Shown in pieces: positions 45,836 through 55,011 of a stretch of DNA of 64,000 nucleotides. The position numbers and the translations under genes were made by a program. How positions within the stretch are numbered: position 1 is the stretch's first letter; each line of letters starts with the position of its first letter. The notes under the pieces are model-generated. The model ran no database searches. It saw nothing but the letters and a program-made list of their open reading frames with translations, and was not told the origin of the DNA. Origin of the DNA: a virus (lineage: Duplodnaviria; Caudoviricetes); IMG/VR virus record IMGVR_UViG_2597489889_000001, positions 51 through 64,050 of that record. One strand, written 5' to 3'.

Positions 45836-47374
45836 ATGCAAGAAACTCAATTTGGGACCAGGCTCGTCCAGGAGGACAAGCGTTGGCTGCTTGGCGATGC
45901 GGACCTGGGCAATGTGCTGGCGCCGTTTTCCGCAGACCTCGCCGCGCCTGTCAGCCTTGAATCGGTACCACAGTCGGCGCCGTTATTGTTGCCGCAGCCG
46001 CAGCCGCAACCGCAACCGCAACCGCAACTCCAACCCCAGCCGCAACCACTGCCGGAGCTGACCTCGGCGCTGATCACCGTCAGTGTGGACATCAACGCTC
46101 TGGCCCAAGAGCAAATTCGGTTGCGCGAATCGCTGGAAACGCTCACCAGCACGCTGTTCATTAGCGCCAATTCCCTGGCAACCAAGACGGCAGAGGTCCG
46201 CGCGGGAGTCGCAGAAAGCAAGCAGGACAAGCCTGCGTCTGCTACCCCGTCCTGGGGGGAAAAAAGTGTTGAACTGGCCACGGATGCCGTCAAGTTCGTC
46301 GGCAAGGAAGTGTTCACCGGTTTGTGGGATAAAGCCAAAGACCGTCTTTCAGGCAAGGCGATTGATGCGGTGGCTGCCAGGTATCCGAAGGGTGCCAAGT
46401 GGCTCAAGGACGATAACGGCAAGGGCGCTGAAAAAGGCAAGGACTGTTGCTGCACGGGAGCACTGCCTGCGCAGATTCGCGGCCCGCTTGATAGCGCTGC
46501 CGCACAGTTGCCAGAGAGTGTCGGTGAGACCGCCAGGAAAGAAGAGAAGGCACGCCCCAAAGATAATCCCAGGAGGCCGCGCGGCAAGCGTAACAAGGCC
46601 CGTCAAATAAAATCGCGCGAGGTCAAAATCCCAGAGGTCAGAAGGCGGACGGATCTCAAATCGCAGCCTACTGTCACGCCAGCCCCTGCTGCGCCGCCAG
46701 TCAATATCATGGGCCAGCCGCAGCTAGCGTTCGACAGCAAACGGGTGAGCGAGACTACACGCAGTATTTCCGGCAACTCATTGACCTCTTACGCAGCCGC
46801 TTCGGCAGACCGAGTCGCAGCACAGGGTGGGCCCAAGGGTTTGGCCCCTGGACTGTCGGGGACGCTCGCAAAGCTTGAATCGTCCGCCGTACGTCGCCTT
46901 GGCCCGCTGAAGTATGTCGACACCGCCGTGGATGTGATCCAGGGCGTACGCAATGGCGACGCCAAGGCCGTTGGTGCTGGCCTTAGCACTGCTGGCGGCG
47001 CCTGGGCGGGAGCATCCGCCGGCGCCGCGCTCGGCACGCTGGTTTTCCCTGGCATTGGCACCGCAGTCGGTGGCGCCATCGGTGGCTTGCTCGGCAGCGA
47101 AGCCGGCAGCTGGCTTGGGGACAAGTTGTTCGGTTCAGGCGATCGTCTACCTGCGCCGAACGCGCTGAGTAAAGAGCTCAACAGCGCGCGAACGGACAAC
47201 GTCCAGGTCACGCTCTCACCGAGCATCCAGATCACCGGCGTTAATCCGGCGGACGCCCAGCAAGTGGTCAATCAGGTGATCCAGGCCCTGCAATTTCAAT
47301 GCGTGCCGATGGTCACCGATTCCCTGGGCATCCGGCGCAACGCGGCACTGGCCGATCCTTCAGGAGGTGATTGA
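45836..47374 (+). CDS. R-type tape measure protein
   Basis: Follows chaperones, precedes gpU; Gly/Ala-rich GAALGTLVFPGIGTAVGGAIGG segment. Confidence 0.75.
   Translation: MQETQFGTRLVQEDKRWLLGDADLGNVLAPFSADLAAPVSLESVPQSAPLLLPQPQPQPQPQPQLQPQPQPLPELTSALITVSVDINALAQEQIRLRESLETLTSTLFISANSLATKTAEVRAGVAESKQDKPASATPSWGEKSVELATDAVKFVGKEVFTGLWDKAKDRLSGKAIDAVAARYPKGAKWLKDDNGKGAEKGKDCCCTGALPAQIRGPLDSAAAQLPESVGETARKEEKARPKDNPRRPRGKRNKARQIKSREVKIPEVRRRTDLKSQPTVTPAPAAPPVNIMGQPQLAFDSKRVSETTRSISGNSLTSYAAASADRVAAQGGPKGLAPGLSGTLAKLESSAVRRLGPLKYVDTAVDVIQGVRNGDAKAVGAGLSTAGGAWAGASAGAALGTLVFPGIGTAVGGAIGGLLGSEAGSWLGDKLFGSGDRLPAPNALSKELNSARTDNVQVTLSPSIQITGVNPADAQQVVNQVIQALQFQCVPMVTDSLGIRRNAALADPSGGD
45992..46048 (+). 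repeat. (CCGCAR)n hexamer tandem repeat encoding a PQ tract
   Basis: Six CCGCAG/CCGCAA units followed by degenerate copies. Confidence 0.9.
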
Positions 47375-47757
47375 TGCGACAACAAATGGTGCTGGGCGAC
47401 TTTATTTTTGGGTTATCCCGAGGGTTCGCCTATTCCACACTGGCCCGCAACAGCGACGGCGGCTGGAGTGACCTGGCGATTATTGCCAGCAAGCCGCAGT
47501 CGCGTCAGAGCGGCCAGAAGCTGGAAAAACTCACCTTCAGCGGCACGGCCATGTACGCCGTTGGCATGCAGCGCCTGGACGAATTGCGCGCTCTGCAAAA
47601 TGCGCGGGCGCCGTTGCCGCTGGTCGACGGTATCGGCCGTAACTGGGGCCTGTGGCGGATCAATTCGGTGGTGGAAGCCCAAAGCAATGTGATCGATGAC
47701 GGCACTGCCATGGTCATGACCTGGACCCTTGAGCTGGAGGAGTACGTCAATGCGTAG
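47374..47757 (+). CDS. Tail protein (P2 gpU-like)
   Basis: MVLGDFIF...PLPLVDGIGRNWGLWRI. Confidence 0.88.
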   Translation: MRQQMVLGDFIFGLSRGFAYSTLARNSDGGWSDLAIIASKPQSRQSGQKLEKLTFSGTAMYAVGMQRLDELRALQNARAPLPLVDGIGRNWGLWRINSVVEAQSNVIDDGTAMVMTWTLELEEYVNA

Positions 47758-47962
47758 AGTGCGAAGTATTGCCGGTGATTCGGTCAACCTGCTGCTCTAC
47801 CGCGAACTGGGGCGTTGCGATGACGCGGCGGAAGAAACCCTCTGGCGCTTGAACCCTGAACTGGCTGAATACGGCCCGGTACTGCCGGCAGGCGTATGGG
47901 TGGTCGTGCCTGAGATGCAAGCCCGGCCGGCTGCTGTACGGCCCGTTCTGGCCTGGGATTAA
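47750..47962 (+). CDS. Tail protein X (LysM-like)
   Basis: GDSVNLLLYRELG...LNPELAEYGPVLPAGVWV. Confidence 0.85.
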   Translation: MRRVRSIAGDSVNLLLYRELGRCDDAAEETLWRLNPELAEYGPVLPAGVWVVVPEMQARPAAVRPVLAWD

Positions 47963-47971
47963 GGAGGCTGC

Positions 47972-48982
47972 ATGGCACAGGGATTTACCCCGATCGTAGA
48001 GTTCTACGGCGCCAACGCGGCGCTGCTCAATCAACGCCTGATGCACTGGAGCCACACCGACGCCGCGGGTATCCAGACTGACCGCCTGGAACTGACCCTT
48101 AATATAGAAGGGTTGGAGGGCTTGCCCAGCCTCAGTGGCAAGATTGGCCTGCGCGTCGGTTACCAGGAAACCGGCTTGGTGGAAAAAGGCGAGTTTGTTG
48201 TCACCCAACGCACCCCAGTGTTGTTTCCGATGCGCCTGATGATCGTGGCGACCGCCGCGCCCTTCAGCGAGGCGGATAAAAGCGGCTATCGCCAGCGCCG
48301 CTCTGCCAGCCATGGGCCGACTACCTTGGGGGCATTGTTTCGCCAAGTGGTCAGCCGCCATGGTTTTTCACCGCGAGTGGCACCGACACTGGACGGCATT
48401 GCGATTGCGCACATCGACCAGTCCAACGAAAGCGACATGGCCTTCATCACCCGCCTGGCCAAGCGTTACAACGCGGTCACCAAGCCGTTTAACGAGCTTT
48501 ACGTGCTGGCCGAAGCGGGGCAGGCCAAGTCCCTTACCGGCCAGTTGCTGCCCGAAGTGAAGCTGTCTGTGACACACGACAACCGCCCGGGAGACCAGGC
48601 CTTTATCACCGCCAAGCTCGACGAAAAATCGCGCTCCAAGTACATGGGCAGCCGCGTCAGCTGGTGGGATTCCGGGGCTGGCAAGCAGCGCATGGTCCAG
48701 GTCGGGATTGCCCCGTTCAAGACCTTGCGCCAGCGCTGCCAGAACGAAGCCGAAGCCCGCGCCGTGGCCGAAGGCGAACTGCGCCGGGTGGGCCGTGAAG
48801 GTTTGAAGCTGCAGATCGATTGCCCCGGTAACCCTTTGCTCGCTGCCGAAGGCTTGCTGGTGCTGGATGAAACCTGGCCTTCGTATATGCAGGGGCGCTG
48901 GTCGATTACTCAAGTGACCCACGTTGGCGACCCGGCGACGGGATATCGCAGCTCGATCATGGCCAGTGGACTGGCGTCTTGA
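47972..48982 (+). CDS. Baseplate hub (P2 gpD / late control D-like)
   Basis: [30 protein letters not shown]. Confidence 0.9.
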   Translation: MAQGFTPIVEFYGANAALLNQRLMHWSHTDAAGIQTDRLELTLNIEGLEGLPSLSGKIGLRVGYQETGLVEKGEFVVTQRTPVLFPMRLMIVATAAPFSEADKSGYRQRRSASHGPTTLGALFRQVVSRHGFSPRVAPTLDGIAIAHIDQSNESDMAFITRLAKRYNAVTKPFNELYVLAEAGQAKSLTGQLLPEVKLSVTHDNRPGDQAFITAKLDEKSRSKYMGSRVSWWDSGAGKQRMVQVGIAPFKTLRQRCQNEAEARAVAEGELRRVGREGLKLQIDCPGNPLLAAEGLLVLDETWPSYMQGRWSITQVTHVGDPATGYRSSIMASGLAS

Positions 48983-49044
48983 TCGTCACTACTGCGCGCC
49001 GTTGAAGCTCCCCATTACCGACCTGAAGCGATACAGGAACCAAG

Positions 49045-49242
49045 ATGCCTATGAACGACGAAGAATTGGCCGCGATCAACCGCTTGATCGCCGCCCTGCA
49101 AACCCAGACCGATGGCCAGGTGGCGCTCAACGCGGCCATTCGACTGTTGGCCCAGAGCAACCAGGCGTTGGTCGACCTGATCAAGAGCCGAGAGCCGGAC
49201 CCGAATGCGCCGCCTTATCTGGATGGCAAACCGGCCCCCTGA
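49045..49242 (+). CDS. Small hypothetical protein at the R/F junction
   Basis: 65-aa helical ORF with RBS AGGAA. Confidence 0.5.
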   Translation: MPMNDEELAAINRLIAALQTQTDGQVALNAAIRLLAQSNQALVDLIKSREPDPNAPPYLDGKPAP

Positions 49243-49334
49243 TCCCGTCTCGACCTGCCTTGCACGCAGCAACACAGCCGTTGCACCCCACAGCCCGCCT
49301 TCGCGGGTTTTTTATTGTTCATGGAGAACATTCG

Positions 49335-49826
49335 ATGTCGATTCTTACCCAAGGTACCCAGATTTTTGCCCTCGTCCCGCCGGTCTCCGGCACCGGGCCC
49401 TACACCGTGCTGGAAGTCGAGCACGCCACTTCGTTCGAACCGGGCGGTGCCCCGGCCGAGCAGATTGAAGACACCAGCCTCAATGCCGAAGAGCGCAGCT
49501 ACAAGAAAGGTTTGCGTACCCCTGGCACGGCGAGCCTGGGCCTGAACGCCGACCCGACCAACGCCAGCCATATCCGCCTGCACCAGCTCTCCGAGGCCAA
49601 GGGCGATACCGGCGTGAAGTGGGCGGTGGGCTGGTCCGACGGCAAGGACGTGCTGCCAACCGTCAACGCCAAGGGCGATGGCTTTGAGCTGCCGGCAACC
49701 CGCACCTGGTTCACATTCGACGGCTACGTCTCGGACTTCCCGTTCAACTTCGCACTGAACGCAGTCGTGACCACCACCGTCACCATCCAACGCACCGGCG
49801 CCAGCGCCTGGATCAAGAAAGTCTGA
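49335..49826 (+). CDS. F-type major tail tube protein (lambda V-like)
   Basis: [11 protein letters not shown]...IEDTSL...[10 protein letters not shown]...[10 protein letters not shown]. Confidence 0.88.
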   Translation: MSILTQGTQIFALVPPVSGTGPYTVLEVEHATSFEPGGAPAEQIEDTSLNAEERSYKKGLRTPGTASLGLNADPTNASHIRLHQLSEAKGDTGVKWAVGWSDGKDVLPTVNAKGDGFELPATRTWFTFDGYVSDFPFNFALNAVVTTTVTIQRTGASAWIKKV

Positions 49827-49834
49827 GAGACGCC

Positions 49835-50185
49835 ATGAACCTCAAACAACTGAAAGCCAAGGGCGGCATCGTCGATGCCCAGCCGGTGAAGAAAGACATC
49901 AGCTGGACGCACCTGGACAGCAAAACCGGCAAGCAAGTGACTGACACCTTCACGGTGCACATCCGTCGCCAGTCGTTCGGTGTGATCGAACGTCTGTTCA
50001 GCCAGGGCGAGTCGGCACAGAGCCGCAACGCCAGCTACCTCGCCGCCTCAGTGTCATTGGGGGCCGAGGGTGATGAAGCCCTGAGTTACGACGATGCGTT
50101 CGGTCTTGAGCCGTCATTGGGGTTTGTGATCCTCAATGCAGTCAATGAGGTCAATGGCACCCAGGGTGGTGGCGCAAAGAGCTGA
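49835..50185 (+). CDS. F-type tail assembly chaperone
   Basis: Between tube and tape measure. Confidence 0.8.
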   Translation: MNLKQLKAKGGIVDAQPVKKDISWTHLDSKTGKQVTDTFTVHIRRQSFGVIERLFSQGESAQSRNASYLAASVSLGAEGDEALSYDDAFGLEPSLGFVILNAVNEVNGTQGGGAKS

Positions 50186-50469
50186 CGGCCGCCGATGAGT
50201 TCTGGCACGAACTGGTGCTGAACGGAGTGGGCGGCCGCACGATCGCCGAAGCCAAGGAACGCATGACCTACCACGAAGCCCTGGCCTGGGGACGCTATAT
50301 CGACCGATATGGCTCCCTGCACGCCGGTAGGCGGCTGGAGGCGGGCAGCGCGTTGGTGGCGCTGCAGACCCACCGGCTGGGCGGCGGCACGGCCGAGATG
50401 ATTGACTTCATGCCCCACGAGCTGCGCCGGGGTGTGTCGCTTGAACGTGCGATGAACGAGTGGCGTTAA
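50176..50469 (+). CDS. F-type chaperone extension, probably reached by -1 frameshift near GCA AAG (50174-50179)
   Basis: -1 frame KELTAADEFWHELVLNGVGGRTIAEAKERM; heptamer is non-canonical. Confidence 0.6.
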   Translation, partial: KELTAADEFWHELVLNGVGGRTIAEAKERMTYHEALAWGRYIDRYGSLHAGRRLEAGSALVALQTHRLGGGTAEMIDFMPHELRRGVSLERAMNEWR

Positions 50470-50531
50470 GGACGACGCCACTTTCCTTGAAACCCGTTTC
50501 GACGGGTTTTATCCATGACCCGGAGAAACCT

Positions 50532-51755
50532 ATGGCAACTGCTTCCCAGGGTAATCTGACGCTCAACCTCGGCAGCCTGGAGCAGGCCCTGGCGAAGGCG
50601 TCGCGGATTACCGAAAACAGCATGCGCGAGATGCAGCAGAAGATCGAGGACGCCAGTAAAAAGGTCAGCGCCTCTGCTGCAGCTGCGCTACAGGTCACGT
50701 CCGGTCAGTTCAAGGGCTTTCAAAGGGCCTATGACCCGGCCACGGATGCGGCGGAAAAATTTATCCAGAAAAATGCGCAACTGGTGCAAGTGCTCAAGCA
50801 GAGTCAGGGTGCGCAGAATGATTTTGTTGGCGCGCTGGATGCGCAGTCCAGTTACACCGAGCGGGCGGGGCTGAAGTTTCCAGTGGGTGGGCCGTACGCA
50901 GAGGCTGTACCGACGCCTTCGGGTGACGACGCGGCGATGGCATTTCTGGACGACGCAAAGACCCGGCAGGTAAAGAGCAACTTCGCCGAAATGACGCAGT
51001 TGCTTGATGACTGGCGCCAGGGGGCGAGCAGCGCATTCGAAGAGTATTCGACCAAGGCAGGCACGGCGGCCGAGCAGTCGAAGGCAGTGTTTAGCAGTGC
51101 TTTCGAAAAGATGGACCAGGCTGTTCTGACGTTCGCGACCACGGGGAAATTCAACTTCTCAGATTTTGCTACCTCGGTTCTCAAGGACATGGCCACGATG
51201 GCGGCGAAGACCGCGGCATCCAGTGCGCTGAGTTCGTTGTTCGGGCTGGCCAGTTCGGCAGTGGGCGCCTGGTTGGGCAGCAGCACGCCCGCTCCGACAA
51301 CCACCAGTGTCGGTGCTAACAGCTACACCTTTAACCCCCAGCTCAACACGGCGGGTATTCATTACAACGCGAAAGGGAGCGCCTGGAACTACGGTGTTCA
51401 AGCCTTCGCCAACGGCGGCACCTTCACCAATTCCGTCGCCTCAGGCCCAACCCTGGCCCCCATGGCCCTCTTCGGCGAAGCCGGCCCCGAAGCCATCATG
51501 CCTCTGAGCCGTGGCTCCGACGGCTCCCTCGGTGTGCGCGCACTGGGCGGCGGTCAGTCAGGCAGCACCAGCAGCAACCAGGTGGTGATCCAGCAAACCA
51601 TCAACGTTGCCGACGGCCAGGGCTCAGGCACCGACACCAACGCCCAGAACGTTGCCCGCGCCTACGCCGGCTCTGCCCGTCAGGGCGCCGCCGAGCAGAT
51701 CGCCCGCGACCTCAAGCCGGGCGGGCAAATCTGGTCGGCCATCAACGGCCGCTGA
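50532..51755 (+). CDS. F-type tape measure protein (lambda-type C-terminus), short at 407 aa
   Basis: DWRQGASSAFEEY, FANGG, GEAGPEAIMPL, DLKPGGQIW. Confidence 0.88.
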   Translation: MATASQGNLTLNLGSLEQALAKASRITENSMREMQQKIEDASKKVSASAAAALQVTSGQFKGFQRAYDPATDAAEKFIQKNAQLVQVLKQSQGAQNDFVGALDAQSSYTERAGLKFPVGGPYAEAVPTPSGDDAAMAFLDDAKTRQVKSNFAEMTQLLDDWRQGASSAFEEYSTKAGTAAEQSKAVFSSAFEKMDQAVLTFATTGKFNFSDFATSVLKDMATMAAKTAASSALSSLFGLASSAVGAWLGSSTPAPTTTSVGANSYTFNPQLNTAGIHYNAKGSAWNYGVQAFANGGTFTNSVASGPTLAPMALFGEAGPEAIMPLSRGSDGSLGVRALGGGQSGSTSSNQVVIQQTINVADGQGSGTDTNAQNVARAYAGSARQGAAEQIARDLKPGGQIWSAINGR

Positions 51756-51783
51756 CCACCAACGGCTTACGCCTGGAGAAAAC

Positions 51784-52122
51784 ATGAGCACAGAAACTTT
51801 CACATGGGTGCCCAAGGTGGAGCCCGTCGGCAGCGTCGAGTTTCGTCTTAAGACGGCCAAATTCGGCGATGGCTACCAGCAAACGGCAGCGGACGGGATC
51901 AACAACAAGACCCAGTCCTGGCCACTGACGTTCGTGGGTGACGAAGCGCGCATCAAAGCGATCGTTGCTTTCCTTGATCGCCATGCCGGCGCCAAGGCGT
52001 TCAACTGGACCGCACCACTGGCAGCGCCTGCGTTGTATCGCTGCAAGGGTTACCAGCCAACGCCCATGGGCGCCGGGCTCTACTCCCTGACGGCAACGTT
52101 CGAGCAAGCCTTCCACCCCTAG
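51784..52122 (+). CDS. Minor tail protein M-like
   Basis: AKFGDGYQQTAADGIN...FLDRHAGAKAFNWT. Confidence 0.9.
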   Translation: MSTETFTWVPKVEPVGSVEFRLKTAKFGDGYQQTAADGINNKTQSWPLTFVGDEARIKAIVAFLDRHAGAKAFNWTAPLAAPALYRCKGYQPTPMGAGLYSLTATFEQAFHP

Positions 52123-52173
52123 CGCCGCCTCCACCCCGCCGTAGTGCGGGGTTTTCTTTGCCCGGAGAATCAT

Positions 52174-52857
52174 ATGTCCATCACTGCAGATATCCAGACC
52201 CTGGAGCCCGGGGCCTGGGTGGAGCTTTTCGAGCTCGATGCCACCCACCTGGGTGCCGAGTTGTACCGATTTCACGGTTACCCCCAGGAGTCATCGATCT
52301 TCTGGCAGGGCCACGAATATTCACCCTGGCCGATCCAGGCCGAGGGCTTCGAAATGTCGGGGCAGGGCACCCAACCGACGCCGACACTGGCCGTAGGCAA
52401 CGTCGGCGGTTTCATCACGGCGCTGGTGCTGTATTTCGAAGACCTGGTAGGCGCGCGCCTGATCCGCCATCGGACTTTGGCCAAGTACCTCGACGGCCAG
52501 CCCGAAGCTGACCCGGAAGAGGAACTGCCGCCAGACATCTGGTACGTCGAGCGCAAGGTTGCCGAAAGCAGTGAGACGGTGAAGTTCGAACTGGCCAGCG
52601 CGCTGGACTTCAACGGCGTGCAACTGCCCCGTCGACAGATCGTTGCCAACGTATGTTGGTGGCTCAGCTGCGGCGGTTATCGCGGCCCCTATTGCGGCTA
52701 CAACGGCGGCCCGGTGGCGGATGCCAATGACGTGATTGTCACCGACGCGGCCAAGGATAAATGTGGTGGGCGGCTGACCAGCTGCAAGCTGCGTTTCGGC
52801 GAAAACAACCCACTGCCCTACGGCTCATTCCCGGCAGCCGGACTGTTGCGGAGCTGA
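52174..52857 (+). CDS. Minor tail protein L-like
   Basis: VELFELDAT, CWW...YRGPYCGY...DKCGGRLTSCKLRFG. Confidence 0.92.
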   Translation: MSITADIQTLEPGAWVELFELDATHLGAELYRFHGYPQESSIFWQGHEYSPWPIQAEGFEMSGQGTQPTPTLAVGNVGGFITALVLYFEDLVGARLIRHRTLAKYLDGQPEADPEEELPPDIWYVERKVAESSETVKFELASALDFNGVQLPRRQIVANVCWWLSCGGYRGPYCGYNGGPVADANDVIVTDAAKDKCGGRLTSCKLRFGENNPLPYGSFPAAGLLRS

Positions 52858-52859
52858 GC

Positions 52860-53633
52860 ATGAACAAGACCAACCTGGCGGCGATTGCCCGGCACGCCGT
52901 GGCCGCGTATCCCCATGAGTGCTGCGGCCTGCTGATTCGTGAAGGGCGCAAGCGTGTGTATGTGCCGTGTCGAAATACGGCGAGCACGCCCAGCGAACAT
53001 TTTCGTCTGGCGCCCGAGGACTACGCTGGCGCCGAAGAGCGGGGCGAGATTCTCGCGGTGGTGCACAGCCATCCGGATTGTCCGGCGACACCCAGTGAAG
53101 CAGACCGCGTGGCGTGCGAAGCCTCCGGGTTGCCCTGGCACATTGTTGAAGTACGCACCGACGACGACGGACAGGTGCGTACCGGTGAATGGGCCAGTTG
53201 CACGCCAAACGGCTACCAGGCGCCCCTGATCGGTCGTGCCTTCGCCCACGGCGTGCATGACTGCCTGAGCATCATCCTCGACTACTACCGGCGCGAGCTG
53301 GGCATCGAGCTTGGCGACTATCAGCGTGAAGACGGTTGGTGGGACAAGGGCGGCAACCTCTACCTGGACAACCTGCCGGCCGCCGGTTTCGTGCAGGTCA
53401 GCCAACTGCAACAGGGCGATATCGTGCTGATGCAGATCCGGTCGCCAGTGCCCAACCATGCCGCGATCTACCTGGCCGACGGCGTGCTGCAAAGCGAACC
53501 CGAGCATTACCCGGCCCCAGGTTCCATCCTGCACCACCTGTATGGTCGCGACAGCAAGCGCGATACCTACGGTGGCTATTGGGGCGAGGTGACGGTCAGC
53601 TATTGGCGACATGGCCTGCGGGCCAAACACTAA
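52860..53633 (+). CDS. Tail assembly protein K-like
   Basis: ECCG, HSHPD, DCLS, NHAAIY, LHH. Confidence 0.92.
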   Translation: MNKTNLAAIARHAVAAYPHECCGLLIREGRKRVYVPCRNTASTPSEHFRLAPEDYAGAEERGEILAVVHSHPDCPATPSEADRVACEASGLPWHIVEVRTDDDGQVRTGEWASCTPNGYQAPLIGRAFAHGVHDCLSIILDYYRRELGIELGDYQREDGWWDKGGNLYLDNLPAAGFVQVSQLQQGDIVLMQIRSPVPNHAAIYLADGVLQSEPEHYPAPGSILHHLYGRDSKRDTYGGYWGEVTVSYWRHGLRAKH

Positions 53634-53666
53634 CCACATCGGCGGATCATTCGCCTGGAGGATGCC

Positions 53667-54296
53667 ATGCATCATGAAAAAGTCAGGACGGTGCGCCTCT
53701 ACGGCAGCCTGGGCGCGAGCTTCGGGCGTGTGCATCGGCTGGCGGTGAGCAATGCTTCGGAAGCGATCCATGCGCTGTGCATTCTGGTGCCGGGGTTCGA
53801 GCGTTTCTTGATGGAGTCCAAGGACCGGGGCGTGACGTATTCGATTTTCCTGGGCCGCGACAACATTGGCCAGGATCGCCTCAAGGCACCTCCAGGCGCT
53901 GCGGATATCCGTATCGCACCGGTGCTGATGGGCAGCAAGCGCGCAGGGTCGATGCAAACCATTATTGGTGTGGCGCTGATTGTGGCTGCGTCGTACTTCT
54001 CTGGCGGTCTGGCCTCGGGCAGTTCCTCTGCCTTGATCGGTGCTTCATCCACCACCGGTTGGACCTTCGCCGCGAGCATGGGGATTTCCATGGCCATGGG
54101 TGGCGTCGCGCAGTTGATGTCACCCATGGCCAAAGGCCTGGGCACCATGGACCGTCCGGAAAACCGTGCGAGTTACAGCTTTAATGGGCCGGTCAATACC
54201 AGCATTCAAGGCAGCCCGGTGGGTCTGCTTTATGGTCAGTTGACGGTAGGCAGCGCGGTAATCAGCGCAGGCATTTATGCACAGGACCAACTATGA
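53667..54296 (+). CDS. Tail assembly protein I-like, copy 1
   Basis: VRTVRLYGSLGASFGRVHRLAV...ASYSFNGPVNT. Confidence 0.9.
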   Translation: MHHEKVRTVRLYGSLGASFGRVHRLAVSNASEAIHALCILVPGFERFLMESKDRGVTYSIFLGRDNIGQDRLKAPPGAADIRIAPVLMGSKRAGSMQTIIGVALIVAASYFSGGLASGSSSALIGASSTTGWTFAASMGISMAMGGVAQLMSPMAKGLGTMDRPENRASYSFNGPVNTSIQGSPVGLLYGQLTVGSAVISAGIYAQDQL

Positions 54297-54952
54297 GGAA
54301 GATTGCGGTGACTCCCTATTCCCCAACGTGCGTGCCAGCCATACAACAAGCCGCCACTGAAAAGGTGCGCACGGTTCGCCTGTACGGCGTGCTGGGTGCG
54401 CGCTTTGGCAGAGTACATCGATTGGCGGTCAGTAGCGTTTCAGAAGCCATCCGGGCCCTGAGCATCCTCCTGCCTGGCTTTGAACGTTTCCTGATGGAAT
54501 CCAAAGACAACGGGCTGACCTATTCGGTGTTCATGGGCAAGCAAAACATTGCCCAGGAGCGCCTCAGTGCCCCTGTCGGCGATGATGACATCCGCCTGGC
54601 GCCGGTGCTGATCGGCAGCAAGCGCGCAGGTGCCCTGCAGACCATTGTCGGTGCGGTGCTGATCGTCGTTGGCGCGATTATCACGGGCGGCACCTTTGGT
54701 GCCGGCGCACCGTTTGGTTCGAGTCTGATCATGATGGGCGCCTCCATGGTAATGGGCGGGGTAATGCAAATGTTGTCACCCGTACCCAAGGGCCTGGCGG
54801 CGCAAGATGGCCCCAACAACCGCGCCAGCTACAGCTTCAACGGCCCGGTCAACACCAGTGCCCAGGGCAACCCGGTCGGCCTGCTTTACGGCCAACTGAT
54901 CGTCGGCAGCTCCGTGATCAGCGCCGGGATCTACACCCAGGATCAACTCTAA
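54293..54952 (+). CDS. Tail assembly protein I-like, copy 2
   Basis: VRTVRLYGVLGARFGRVHRLAV...ASYSFNGPVNT. Confidence 0.9.
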   Translation: MRKIAVTPYSPTCVPAIQQAATEKVRTVRLYGVLGARFGRVHRLAVSSVSEAIRALSILLPGFERFLMESKDNGLTYSVFMGKQNIAQERLSAPVGDDDIRLAPVLIGSKRAGALQTIVGAVLIVVGAIITGGTFGAGAPFGSSLIMMGASMVMGGVMQMLSPVPKGLAAQDGPNNRASYSFNGPVNTSAQGNPVGLLYGQLIVGSSVISAGIYTQDQL

Positions 54953-55011
54953 CGTTCCTGCTCTTCAACCAGCCCGCCGCGTGCGGGCTTTATTTCGCCT
55001 GAAGGAAAGCC

